Numbered from the stretch's first letter, positions 40,301-48,763 are shown. The stretch is DNA of 64,000 nucleotides from an uncultured SAR86 cluster bacterium (GCA_902509555.1 CABWYS010000003.1:937-64936), one strand, 5' to 3'. The notes: generated by a model from the sequence alone, not told the origin. Program-made: numbers and translations.

Positions 40301-41118
40301 GATGATTCTTTGGAATTTAAAAAAGCATCAATTGAGTCTGGAACTAAATTTTTATATCCAAGAACTTGTTTTTCAAAATCACTTAACTTCTTTTCAATTT
40401 CTTTTGGAAAAGAAATTTGCTGCTTTATGTATGGGATTGTGAATACATGATTGATGCCACGACGAATGCTGTTACTGAGGTTGATTCCCCCAGCATGAAA
40501 ACACATTGAATCAAAAACTATGAATTGCCCTCTTTGAGCTTCCAATTGAAGGCTTCTCTTCCTTATCTCAGATTTTGAAGGCAACCACTCCTCTTTGTGA
40601 GATCCAGGCAATACATATGTAGCCCCATTATCTAAAGTGAAGTTATCAATGCAAAATAGGCAGCTTATGGCAATAGGCTTTGATGTAACAAAATGTTGGT
40701 ATGGCAAATCTCTGTGCCAGCTTGCTTGAGTGTATGATGATGCATTTGCAGGGTTGAAAACAGCATTTTGTTGATTCAGAATAAAAGTTCCTTCAATCAA
40801 ATCATCAACTAAGGTAATTAAATTCTTATTAAAAACTAATTCTAGTAAACTTTTACTATGAGCAAAAGGCATTCTTACAATGTCTTTCTCGCCTCTAGTT
40901 TCTAAATTTTTAATTCCATATTTTTGCAAATAAGCCTGATGAACTTCCTCAAGAGACTTTTCTAGATCCAACAAATCGGCATCAGAAATCCCCGAATCAA
41001 TAACAGAATATCCAGACTTATATATAGATATGGCATGCTTGCTTTTGCCTGTCATTTTTGAGGAAGGCGCATTAAATGCACCATAAGAACTATTTGGAAT
41101 CTTGCTCATTGGTCTCAT
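40297..41118 (-). CDS. Phytanoyl-CoA dioxygenase (PhyH) family Fe(II)/2OG oxygenase
   Basis: 273 aa. WHRD (HxD facial triad context), GATYVLPGSH, distal His in MCFHAGGIN. The start may be an internal Met (41109 or later), which would reduce the overlap with the GT2. Confidence 0.7.
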   Translation of the reverse strand: MRPMSKIPNSSYGAFNAPSSKMTGKSKHAISIYKSGYSVIDSGISDADLLDLEKSLEEVHQAYLQKYGIKNLETRGEKDIVRMPFAHSKSLLELVFNKNLITLVDDLIEGTFILNQQNAVFNPANASSYTQASWHRDLPYQHFVTSKPIAISCLFCIDNFTLDNGATYVLPGSHKEEWLPSKSEIRKRSLQLEAQRGQFIVFDSMCFHAGGINLSNSIRRGINHVFTIPYIKQQISFPKEIEKKLSDFEKQVLGYKNLVPDSIDAFLNSKESS

Positions 41119-42025
41119 ATATTTTCTTCACAATTACATTAGGGCGTTGCTTCACTTCCATAAATATTTTTGATATGTAAATTCCTTGTATACTGTTTAA
41201 AAAAATTATCAAGCCAGAAAAAAGCCATATAGAGGCAATAATTGAGACATAACCTTCTGGAGGTGTTTGAAAAGTAAATAAGTAAACTAAATAACCTACA
41301 AATAAAAAAGCAGAAAAAGATAATAACAGGCCGCAATAGAATGAAAATCTTAACGGAAGACTGCTAAAAGAGGTTATAGAGTTCAGCAAATGATCAAGCT
41401 TGTGGCGATTAGTGTAAACCGACGGTGATGAAGAGTTTTTGGTAATTACTTGAAAGCATTGCTTGAAACCAGTAATAATAAATAATCCTCCTATATTCAT
41501 TTCTCTCTCTCCATGCAAAAGGAGTGCCTGAAGATATCTTCTACTCATAAGTCTTGCTGTAGTAATATTATTAGGTTGATCTAGCTTCGTAAATAATCTG
41601 AATAATTTATAAAATAAATAGCCAGATACTCTTTCAAATAATCTCCCTTTTCGTTTTTGCTGAACTCCATATACAAGGTCAGCTTTCTCAATATCCATAA
41701 GCTTATTAAATGAAAATAGCCATTCTGGTTGTTCTTCAAGATCAACATCAATTAAAAATATTTTTTCTCCCTTGGCATTCTTCAAACCAGCCATAATTGC
41801 CTGATGATGTCCAAAGTTTTTAGATAAATCTATAATCTTGATATTGAAGTTGCTAGACATTAAGCTCAAAGATATGTCCAAGCTTTTGTCAGGCGAGCCA
41901 TCATTTACAAAAATAATCTCGAAATCTTCGCCAACCAATTCCCTGGCAGCAATTGAAGCTCTGCTATGAAACTCCTCTATGTATGAAGAAGACCCATAAA
42001 GAGTTGTTACTATAGATAATTTCAT
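41090..42025 (-). CDS. GT2 glycosyltransferase of the polyprenyl-phosphate sugar synthase type (GtrB/ArnC/DPM1-like)
   Basis: 311 aa. LSIVTTLYGSS...FVNDGSPDKS, LSKNFGHHQAIMAGL, DVDLEEQPEW, plus two C-terminal TM helices. Confidence 0.8.
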   Translation of the reverse strand: MKLSIVTTLYGSSSYIEEFHSRASIAARELVGEDFEIIFVNDGSPDKSLDISLSLMSSNFNIKIIDLSKNFGHHQAIMAGLKNAKGEKIFLIDVDLEEQPEWLFSFNKLMDIEKADLVYGVQQKRKGRLFERVSGYLFYKLFRLFTKLDQPNNITTARLMSRRYLQALLLHGEREMNIGGLFIITGFKQCFQVITKNSSSPSVYTNRHKLDHLLNSITSFSSLPLRFSFYCGLLLSFSAFLFVGYLVYLFTFQTPPEGYVSIIASIWLFSGLIIFLNSIQGIYISKIFMEVKQRPNVIVKKIYETNEQDSK

Positions 42026-42040
42026 ATTTCTCTATGCATT

Positions 42041-42745
42041 TTAACTGGCATTAGACTTGCTTGCATTAAATAAGTAATTTTTTGACTCGCATCCACAATT
42101 AAACAAAAGATCTATAATAGAAATGCGGTCTTCAAAGTTGCCCCATAGTTGCGGATACGGACCATAATCAACATAATCAAACCACTCTACTTCAATTTTA
42201 TTTCCTTTAAAAATTTTAAGATCTAAATATTCTTTTGCCGATGGGCCTGAAATATATTTACTTGCACCAGATTGAATGCATAAATTAAGCAGCTTTTCAG
42301 ATCGACTGCCATGCAATTCATAAGAATTTGAGTCTGAAATTTTAGTTTTAATTTCTAAATATTTACAAATATTAATTATCAAGTTTCTATTTAAAGAGGA
42401 TAAATTTGTGTGATTAAAGCTATAAACTGGCTTAATAAATTCGATGATCTCGCCAAAAAAAGGGGCTTTTGCATAATTCATTGAAATAGCCTTCAAATGA
42501 TCTTGTTGCCACTTTTCTCCATCAATCTTAGTATCAAATATCGACTGAAAATACTTACCCTTAGTCTCCACAGGTACGCTCAGCCACTGCTTACCATTAG
42601 GTGTTTTAATGACATTCCGGTTTCGCCAATCCCTTTTAGTGTACTGCATTGAATCATAAATAATAAATTCATCGACATACCCAATTAGATCAAAATAACC
42701 TATCCATGGAATATAATTTGATTGAACAATTGCAACTTTTTTCAT
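42041..42745 (-). CDS. WbqC-family protein (function unknown; named from O-antigen clusters)
   Basis: 234 aa. N-terminus VAIVQSNYIPWIGYFDLI...YDSMQYTKRDWRNRN matches my recollection of the WbqC family signature. Confidence 0.7.
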   Translation of the reverse strand: MKKVAIVQSNYIPWIGYFDLIGYVDEFIIYDSMQYTKRDWRNRNVIKTPNGKQWLSVPVETKGKYFQSIFDTKIDGEKWQQDHLKAISMNYAKAPFFGEIIEFIKPVYSFNHTNLSSLNRNLIINICKYLEIKTKISDSNSYELHGSRSEKLLNLCIQSGASKYISGPSAKEYLDLKIFKGNKIEVEWFDYVDYGPYPQLWGNFEDRISIIDLLFNCGCESKNYLFNASKSNAS

Positions 42746-42782
42746 TGAGATATTTTGTCAATTAAAAACTTCATTGAGCATC

Positions 42783-44105
42783 TTATCCATTGATGCCTGT
42801 TAAGAAACTTACCCTTGTAGAAAGGATTACTATTCCAGCTATAGCTGGAGTTACAAAAATAATATTCAATATGACTGATGAAAAATATTTACTTGATAAA
42901 TTAATAAGGAAGGCAATGCCAAATGCAAAAAAAATTGCAAAAGGATATGAAAAGCCCATTAAGTGAGCTGAGAAAGCTTGCTGCAATATCATAACTAAAA
43001 CAAAAAATGCGAAGACAATAGGTGTTAAGAATTTTTTTGCACTTAAATTACTAGCCATTAATAAGCATAATCCAATTATCGATAGGAGTGATATTGCTGC
43101 CATTCCTATCAGAGATAAAGAACAGTTAAAAATAAAAATATTACTATTTAAATTTTCTTGAATAATTGATAATCCGCTATTAGGTAAACATGTTGACAGT
43201 CTATTACCAGCTAAAAACTGCATTGCTCCAATTATTCCTCCATTATGTATATCATCACCATTAATGCCCACTCTTGTCATAAAAGAGGAGCCTCCAGATA
43301 TTAAGAGCTCGCTACTTGCAAAAAATTTTAAAAATGATTGGATCATAAATGGCATTAAAAGACTTAATGGAATTAAAAATTTTTTATTATTACTGCTATT
43401 TGAAATAGATGGTAAAAAAATATTTAGGTTTGTTTTATCCTTGATTATGGTTGGAAGAAATATGATACCAATATAGAAAAAGCCTATGATTGCTCCCCAA
43501 ATATAATGGAATAACCCAGATAAAAAAAGAAAGAATAGAGCTATATTATTTTTGTTTGCATTAAGATATGACAACGCAATGATTAAAAAAAAAATAAAAA
43601 ATATTTCTGCCCAGGAGGCTAAAAACATTTTATAAACCCATGGAGAAGAAATAAATAAGATGAAAATGCCAATACCAACTAAAAAATTTGGAAATGAAGA
43701 CTTAAAAATTTTAATTCCTATTTCTGCAATCATTGCACCAGTTAAAAAAATGATTGTTTTATCAATAAGCGGCCCGTAAAAAAATAAAGCCTCCTTACCA
43801 CCAAAATGATTGATTAATAAATATGGAGATAATGGAAAAAAATTTGCAGACAAATAAACTCCCTGGTTCCAATAAACTATTGAGCAATCTGTGCATGAAG
43901 ACCATATAGAAAAACCATATGATGAAAAGTATCCATTTAATCTTAAATATTCTGCTGCATTAAAAATTTTTTGGGCATGCCAATCAAACCAATCAATTCC
44001 CAGAGGAGCTGAAAGGGACAAATAATATAAATATGCTGTACAAATTAAAAAGTATGTTGATATGCGGGCAATTCTAGCCAAATGAATAATATTCATAAAC
44101 ATCAT
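42783..44105 (-). CDS. Polytopic membrane protein, candidate GT-C-type glycosyltransferase (or Wzy/ligase-like)
   Basis: 440 aa, about 10-12 hydrophobic helices. Acidic/aromatic first loop (GIDWFDWHAQK). Function inferred from context only. Confidence 0.4.
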   Translation of the reverse strand: MMFMNIIHLARIARISTYFLICTAYLYYLSLSAPLGIDWFDWHAQKIFNAAEYLRLNGYFSSYGFSIWSSCTDCSIVYWNQGVYLSANFFPLSPYLLINHFGGKEALFFYGPLIDKTIIFLTGAMIAEIGIKIFKSSFPNFLVGIGIFILFISSPWVYKMFLASWAEIFFIFFLIIALSYLNANKNNIALFFLFLSGLFHYIWGAIIGFFYIGIIFLPTIIKDKTNLNIFLPSISNSSNNKKFLIPLSLLMPFMIQSFLKFFASSELLISGGSSFMTRVGINGDDIHNGGIIGAMQFLAGNRLSTCLPNSGLSIIQENLNSNIFIFNCSLSLIGMAAISLLSIIGLCLLMASNLSAKKFLTPIVFAFFVLVMILQQAFSAHLMGFSYPFAIFFAFGIAFLINLSSKYFSSVILNIIFVTPAIAGIVILSTRVSFLTGING

Positions 44106-44113
44106 TATAAACG

Positions 44114-45130
44114 CTAACTTTGTTTTCTTAAATTATGAATAATTTCTGAGGTTACCTGATGATCGCCAGAAAAAATTGATGGGGCAATCCTAGAAGCGAT
44201 ATCGCCATATCGATTTTTAATTTCACGAGAAATTTCAAGCGGAGTACCTGTAACTGCCATGCTTTCTAACATTTCATCCGAGATAAATCCCGCTATTTTG
44301 TGCCACTCTCCTTTTTTAGTAAGTTGATTTAAATCTTGCTGCACTCCTTCCCATCCATGTTGCTCTAAAACTACTCTATAGGCAGGGGTAGAACCATAAA
44401 ATCCAATTTGTGCCTTGCAGGCATCCCTTGCTTTAGCAATTTCCTCATCAGTTATTCCCGTTGCAACCATGACACCCAATGAAATATCAAATTCTTTTGC
44501 TGCTGATAATTCAAGTCCTTTTTTTATAGAAGGCAAGGTGATATTTTCTAAAAACTTAGTTGTGTGAAAAGGATGCACAATGAAACCATCACCAGATTCA
44601 GCTGCAGCTTGAGTCATCATTGGCCCCACACCTGCAACATATATTTTTGGGAGACCAAATGGATTTTCTCCCGGATTAAAAATAGGAGTCATAAGTGTAT
44701 GTTGATAAAACTCGCCTTTAAAATCCAGATCTTTCCCTTCATGCCAACACCCCCAAATAGCCTTGATAGCATCAACCATTTCTTTCATGCGTTTTGCAGG
44801 TGAAGACCAGGGCATAGAGTATCTCTTTTCAATATGAGGTTTTATTTGGGACCCTATGCCGAGCGTAAATCTCCCCTTGGACATCAACTGAAGGTCATAG
44901 CCAATATTAGCCAAAGTCATAGGACTCCTAGAAAATGCAACTGCTATTGAGGTTAAGAGTTCTAACTTTTCTGTTGCAAGAGCAGCGGCAGCAAGAGGCA
45001 AAAATGGTTCATGAGGTCCTTCAAAAGTATAGGCGCCATCGTATCCAAGATCTTCTAACTCCTTGCTTGCTTTTGAAGCTTCTGATGGATCTCGAGTAAT
45101 CATCGAACAGTCTATTTTAATTTTTTTCAT
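44114..45130 (-). CDS. Luciferase-like monooxygenase (LLM) class flavin/F420-type oxidoreductase
   Basis: 338 aa with TIM-barrel LLM character (GYDGAYTFEGPHEPFLPLAAAA, RFTLGIGSQ). Its stop lies 8 nt before the next gene. Confidence 0.7.
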   Translation of the reverse strand: MKKIKIDCSMITRDPSEASKASKELEDLGYDGAYTFEGPHEPFLPLAAAALATEKLELLTSIAVAFSRSPMTLANIGYDLQLMSKGRFTLGIGSQIKPHIEKRYSMPWSSPAKRMKEMVDAIKAIWGCWHEGKDLDFKGEFYQHTLMTPIFNPGENPFGLPKIYVAGVGPMMTQAAAESGDGFIVHPFHTTKFLENITLPSIKKGLELSAAKEFDISLGVMVATGITDEEIAKARDACKAQIGFYGSTPAYRVVLEQHGWEGVQQDLNQLTKKGEWHKIAGFISDEMLESMAVTGTPLEISREIKNRYGDIASRIAPSIFSGDHQVTSEIIHNLRKQS

Positions 45131-45196
45131 CTTGAATTATTTCTACGTTAATCATGAATGATTATGATGGATGTATTTCAATTTGTGTATCCCGAG

Positions 45197-45224
45197 TGGT
45201 AATATAAAAATCAGTCTATTACCA
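45197..45224. promoter_or_regulatory. 28-bp palindromic operator candidate TGGTAAT-N14-ATTACCA (site 1)
   Basis: Read directly in the LLM/NMO divergent spacer. It ends 14 nt before the ATG at 45239. Half-sites and spacing are identical to the site at 47057-47084. Confidence 0.6.
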
Positions 45225-45238
45225 ATATAGGAAAAATA

Positions 45239-46378
45239 ATGAACTCAAAGATTTGCGAACTTCTTGATATAGAATTCCCTCTTGTTGCATTTACCCACTG
45301 TAGAGATGTTGTTGTAGCAGTATCAAAAGCAGGTGGATGCGGCGTACTAGGTGCTGTTGGAATGACTCCTGAACAGCTTGAAGAAGAGCTGAAGTGGATT
45401 GATGATCATATCGATGGGCTTCCATACGGCGTGGATGTTTTAATCCCCAATAAAATGGCCGATCAAAATCAAAAATTTGATCCTGAAAAATTAACCTCGA
45501 TGATTCCTCAAGAATATGCAGATTTTAGAGCAGACATCTTAGAACAGCATGACATTGAAGCTGATGAACTACGAACAATCAAAACAGCAGCAACATACAT
45601 GGCTGAAAATACTAAAGCAGATGGTGCAAAAGCTTTGCTGGATGTTGCATTTAGTCATCCGATAAAAATAATTGCAAATGCATTGGGCGTCCCGCCTGAC
45701 TGGATGGTGAAAATGGGGAAAGATAATAATGTAAAAGTTGCGGCCCTTCTAGGTACTGCACAACACGCTATCAATCAAGTAAAAGCAGGTGTTGATATTT
45801 TGGTTGTCTCCGGCACAGAGGCTGGCGGTCATTGTGGGAGTGTTTCAACCATGGTCTTAATTCCGGAAGTTCATGAAGCCATTCAACCATATGGTGATGT
45901 ACCAATTCTAGCTGCAGGAGGGATCGCAACTGGAAGACAAATGGCAGCTGCGATGAGCATGGGAGCATCAGGCGCTTGGTGTGGCTCTGTATGGTTAACA
46001 ACAGCTGAATCTGAAGTTCCGCCTGTGATAAAAGAAAAAATGGTCGCTGCAACCTCAAGCCAAACAACCAGATCAAGAAGCAGAACAGGAAAGCACTCTA
46101 GACAGTTGGTTTCTGAATGGACAAAAGCCTGGGAAGCAGACGGAGCTCCTGAACCACTTCCATTGCCACTGCAGCCTATGGTAGCTGAACCAGCATTGGC
46201 AAAAGTTAATAAATTAGCAGAAGGCGGACATGAAGGCGCCAAAGAACTTTCGACTTACTGGGTCGGTCAAGGCGTGGGATTGATGAACCAAACAATCTCA
46301 GCAAGTGATGTGGTTCAAGATTTTAAAGAAGACTTCATAGATGCATATGAAAGACTGGCAAATTTTGTAGGTGATTAA
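45239..46378 (+). CDS. Nitronate monooxygenase (NMO/2-nitropropane dioxygenase) family FMN enzyme
   Basis: 379 aa. IEFPLVAF...AVSKAGGCGVLGA and GTEAGGHCG motifs. Confidence 0.78.
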   Translation: MNSKICELLDIEFPLVAFTHCRDVVVAVSKAGGCGVLGAVGMTPEQLEEELKWIDDHIDGLPYGVDVLIPNKMADQNQKFDPEKLTSMIPQEYADFRADILEQHDIEADELRTIKTAATYMAENTKADGAKALLDVAFSHPIKIIANALGVPPDWMVKMGKDNNVKVAALLGTAQHAINQVKAGVDILVVSGTEAGGHCGSVSTMVLIPEVHEAIQPYGDVPILAAGGIATGRQMAAAMSMGASGAWCGSVWLTTAESEVPPVIKEKMVAATSSQTTRSRSRTGKHSRQLVSEWTKAWEADGAPEPLPLPLQPMVAEPALAKVNKLAEGGHEGAKELSTYWVGQGVGLMNQTISASDVVQDFKEDFIDAYERLANFVGD

Positions 46379-47002
46379 TTACTCAGGAGCAGAATATCTT
46401 TGAGATACAGCTCTTTGAAATCCATCTCTTTCAAAAAGCATGTCAGTCCAACGCTTGATATTAGGTTTAAATGCTTCCTCTATTTGAAGAGTTTTAGCTA
46501 AATAGATAGCATAACTAACGCATATATCTGCAATTGTAAATCTATCTGAGCACAAGTATTCTCTTGATTCCAAAGATTTCTCCAACAGCTTTAATCTAGC
46601 AACAAACCATCTTCTATAACCTTCTGCAGCCTTATCCGCAACACCTACCTCTTGAAATGTGTACCTTAAGACAACGGTTTGAGGGAAAGTTAAAGTAGCA
46701 TCTGAATGAGCAAGCCAATTTAAATAATGGTGAAAATCAGCCTCATCACTATTAACTTTCAAGTCAGTAGGGCCATATTTTTCGACTAAATATTGACACA
46801 TAGCAACTGATTCTGTCATTTCTACTTCACCATCAATTAAATATGGAATGGTGCCAAGAATATTTACATCCATATATTCTTTATGCAAAAACCTTGGAGG
46901 GAATGGCATCATCTCAGATTCATAACTTACTCCCATCTCCTCTGCGGTCCACATTGGCCTTAAACCTCTAGAATCATTGCAGCTATAAATTTTGATGCTC
47001 AT
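46379..47002 (-). CDS. Glutathione S-transferase family protein
   Basis: 207 aa. Thioredoxin-like N-domain (GTIPYLIDGEVEMTESVAMCQYL) and a helical C-domain. Confidence 0.75.
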   Translation of the reverse strand: MSIKIYSCNDSRGLRPMWTAEEMGVSYESEMMPFPPRFLHKEYMDVNILGTIPYLIDGEVEMTESVAMCQYLVEKYGPTDLKVNSDEADFHHYLNWLAHSDATLTFPQTVVLRYTFQEVGVADKAAEGYRRWFVARLKLLEKSLESREYLCSDRFTIADICVSYAIYLAKTLQIEEAFKPNIKRWTDMLFERDGFQRAVSQRYSAPE

Positions 47003-47056
47003 TATTTTCTCCTAAAAAATAGAAAAGCCATGATTTTTAAAATTAATTTCAAAAAA

Positions 47057-47084
47057 TGGTAATTATTTGTATATTATATTACCA
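47057..47084. promoter_or_regulatory. 28-bp palindromic operator candidate TGGTAAT-N14-ATTACCA (site 2)
   Basis: Read directly in the GST/carboxylase divergent spacer. It ends 20 nt before the ATG at 47105. Confidence 0.6.
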
Positions 47085-47104
47085 CTCAATTTTATTAAAT
47101 AAAA

Positions 47105-48763
47105 ATGCCAAGAAAAAATATTGCTCCCGAAATCAAAACAAGTATTGATATAAATTCTGATGAATTTATTCATAACAAAAAAGTGATGTTAAAGAAAATA
47201 AATTTCCTTGATGAGCTTTTAGACAAAGCTGAATTAGGAGGCGGGGCTTATCACCACGAAAGATTAGCAAAACGAGGAAAGATGCCCGTAAGAGAAAGAG
47301 TTTTTAATTTGCTAGATCCTGATACACCCTTCTTGGAGATTGCTCCATTTGCTGCTTATGGAACAGACTTCACAGTGGGTGGTGGATGCGTTGCTGGAAT
47401 TGGAATTGTTGCCGGTACTGAATGTGTAATCTTTGCTAATGATCCTTCGGTTTTAGCTGGCGCCATGACGGTTTATGTTGGAGAAAAATGGAACAGGGCA
47501 ATGGAAATTGCTCGAGATAACCGTTTGCCCTATATTAATTTTGTGGAATCTGCAGGAGGAGATCTTCGAATGGGTACTGGTAAGAAAGGAGATCAACCCC
47601 CCATCGCACCCACCATAGGTCATACTCATTTTGCAGCAACTGGAAGATATTTTTATGATCTTACAGAGCTTTCTAAGATGCGCATTCCGGTGATATCAAT
47701 TGTTTTTGGTTCTTCAACTGCCGGTGGTGCTTATCAACCAGGTATGTCTGATTACAATATCTTTATTAAAGATCAAGCTAAAGTTTTTCTTGCAGGACCT
47801 CCTCTAGTCAAAATGGCTACTGGTGAAATATCAGATGATGAGACCTTGGGTGGCGCAAAAATGCATTCAGAAGTTTCAGGTCTATCAGATTATCTAGCTG
47901 AAGATGAGATGGATGCTCTAAGATTATGCAGGAATGTAGTCTCACATTTGCATTGGATTAAAGAGGGTCCCTCGCCTATTTCAGATGCTGATAGTCCAAG
48001 TTTATCTGAGGAAGAATTATTAGGTCTTGTTGATGAAGAACTCAAAAGTCCTCTTGATATTAGGGAGGTGATTGGTCGAATTGTTGATGGGTCAAGATTT
48101 GAAGAGTTCAAACCTCTTTATGGTAAAACTATGATTTGCGGATGGTCAATGCTTCACGGATATCCTGTTGGCATATTAGGAAATAATGGTCCCATCTATC
48201 CGGAAAGTGCTGAAAAAGCTGCAACCTTTATACAACTATGCAATAAACGAAACATGCCATTAATTTTTCTTCAAAATGTCACGGGTTTTTTAGTAGGAAA
48301 AGATTTCGAGAGACAGGCTATTATTAAAAAAGGCTCTCAGCTTATTAATGCAGTGTCTAACTCTAATGTACCTCATATCACAATTATTATTGGTGCTTCA
48401 TTTGGTGCAGGTACATACGCTATGTCGGGCAGAGCATATAATAATAGATTCACTTTTCTCTGGCCCACAGCAAAAATTGCTGTTATGGGTTCGAAGCAGA
48501 TTGCTGGAGTAATGTCGATTGTTCGAAGAGGTCAAGCCGCAAGAAAAGGTGAAAAATTTGATGAAAAACTTGATGCTCAAATCGTAGAGACAGTTGAGCA
48601 AATGTCAGACCAGATGTCAGAGGGGCTGGTTGCAAGCAGCATGGTTACCGATGATGGCATCATTGACCCAAGAGATACAAGAAGTGTTATTGGATTTTGC
48701 TTATCTATAGTTTCTAACTCTTCAATTGATGGAGCTAAAGAATATGGAGTATTTAGATTATGA
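47105..48763 (+). CDS. Acyl-CoA carboxylase carboxyltransferase (beta) subunit, MCC/geranyl-CoA carboxylase-like
   Basis: 552 aa. Two crotonase-like CT domains (ANDPSVLAGAM, STAGGAYQPGM, FGAGTYAM). Confidence 0.85.
   Translation: MPRKNIAPEIKTSIDINSDEFIHNKKVMLKKINFLDELLDKAELGGGAYHHERLAKRGKMPVRERVFNLLDPDTPFLEIAPFAAYGTDFTVGGGCVAGIGIVAGTECVIFANDPSVLAGAMTVYVGEKWNRAMEIARDNRLPYINFVESAGGDLRMGTGKKGDQPPIAPTIGHTHFAATGRYFYDLTELSKMRIPVISIVFGSSTAGGAYQPGMSDYNIFIKDQAKVFLAGPPLVKMATGEISDDETLGGAKMHSEVSGLSDYLAEDEMDALRLCRNVVSHLHWIKEGPSPISDADSPSLSEEELLGLVDEELKSPLDIREVIGRIVDGSRFEEFKPLYGKTMICGWSMLHGYPVGILGNNGPIYPESAEKAATFIQLCNKRNMPLIFLQNVTGFLVGKDFERQAIIKKGSQLINAVSNSNVPHITIIIGASFGAGTYAMSGRAYNNRFTFLWPTAKIAVMGSKQIAGVMSIVRRGQAARKGEKFDEKLDAQIVETVEQMSDQMSEGLVASSMVTDDGIIDPRDTRSVIGFCLSIVSNSSIDGAKEYGVFRL

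Noticed and set aside
45883-46242. Antisense shadow ORFs inside well-supported genes. Examples: 45883-46242 (119 aa), 31650-32009 (119 aa), 34699-35028 (109 aa), 34219-34533 (104 aa), 17410-17721 (103 aa), 36739-37047 (102 aa), 45771-46076 (101 aa), 21209-21505 and 60424-60720 (98 aa each), plus all the 60-95-aa ones.
   Set aside because: Each lies entirely or mostly opposite a gene with strong family motifs. They have low-complexity or unusual composition and no recognisable domain, so I treated them as non-coding frames.
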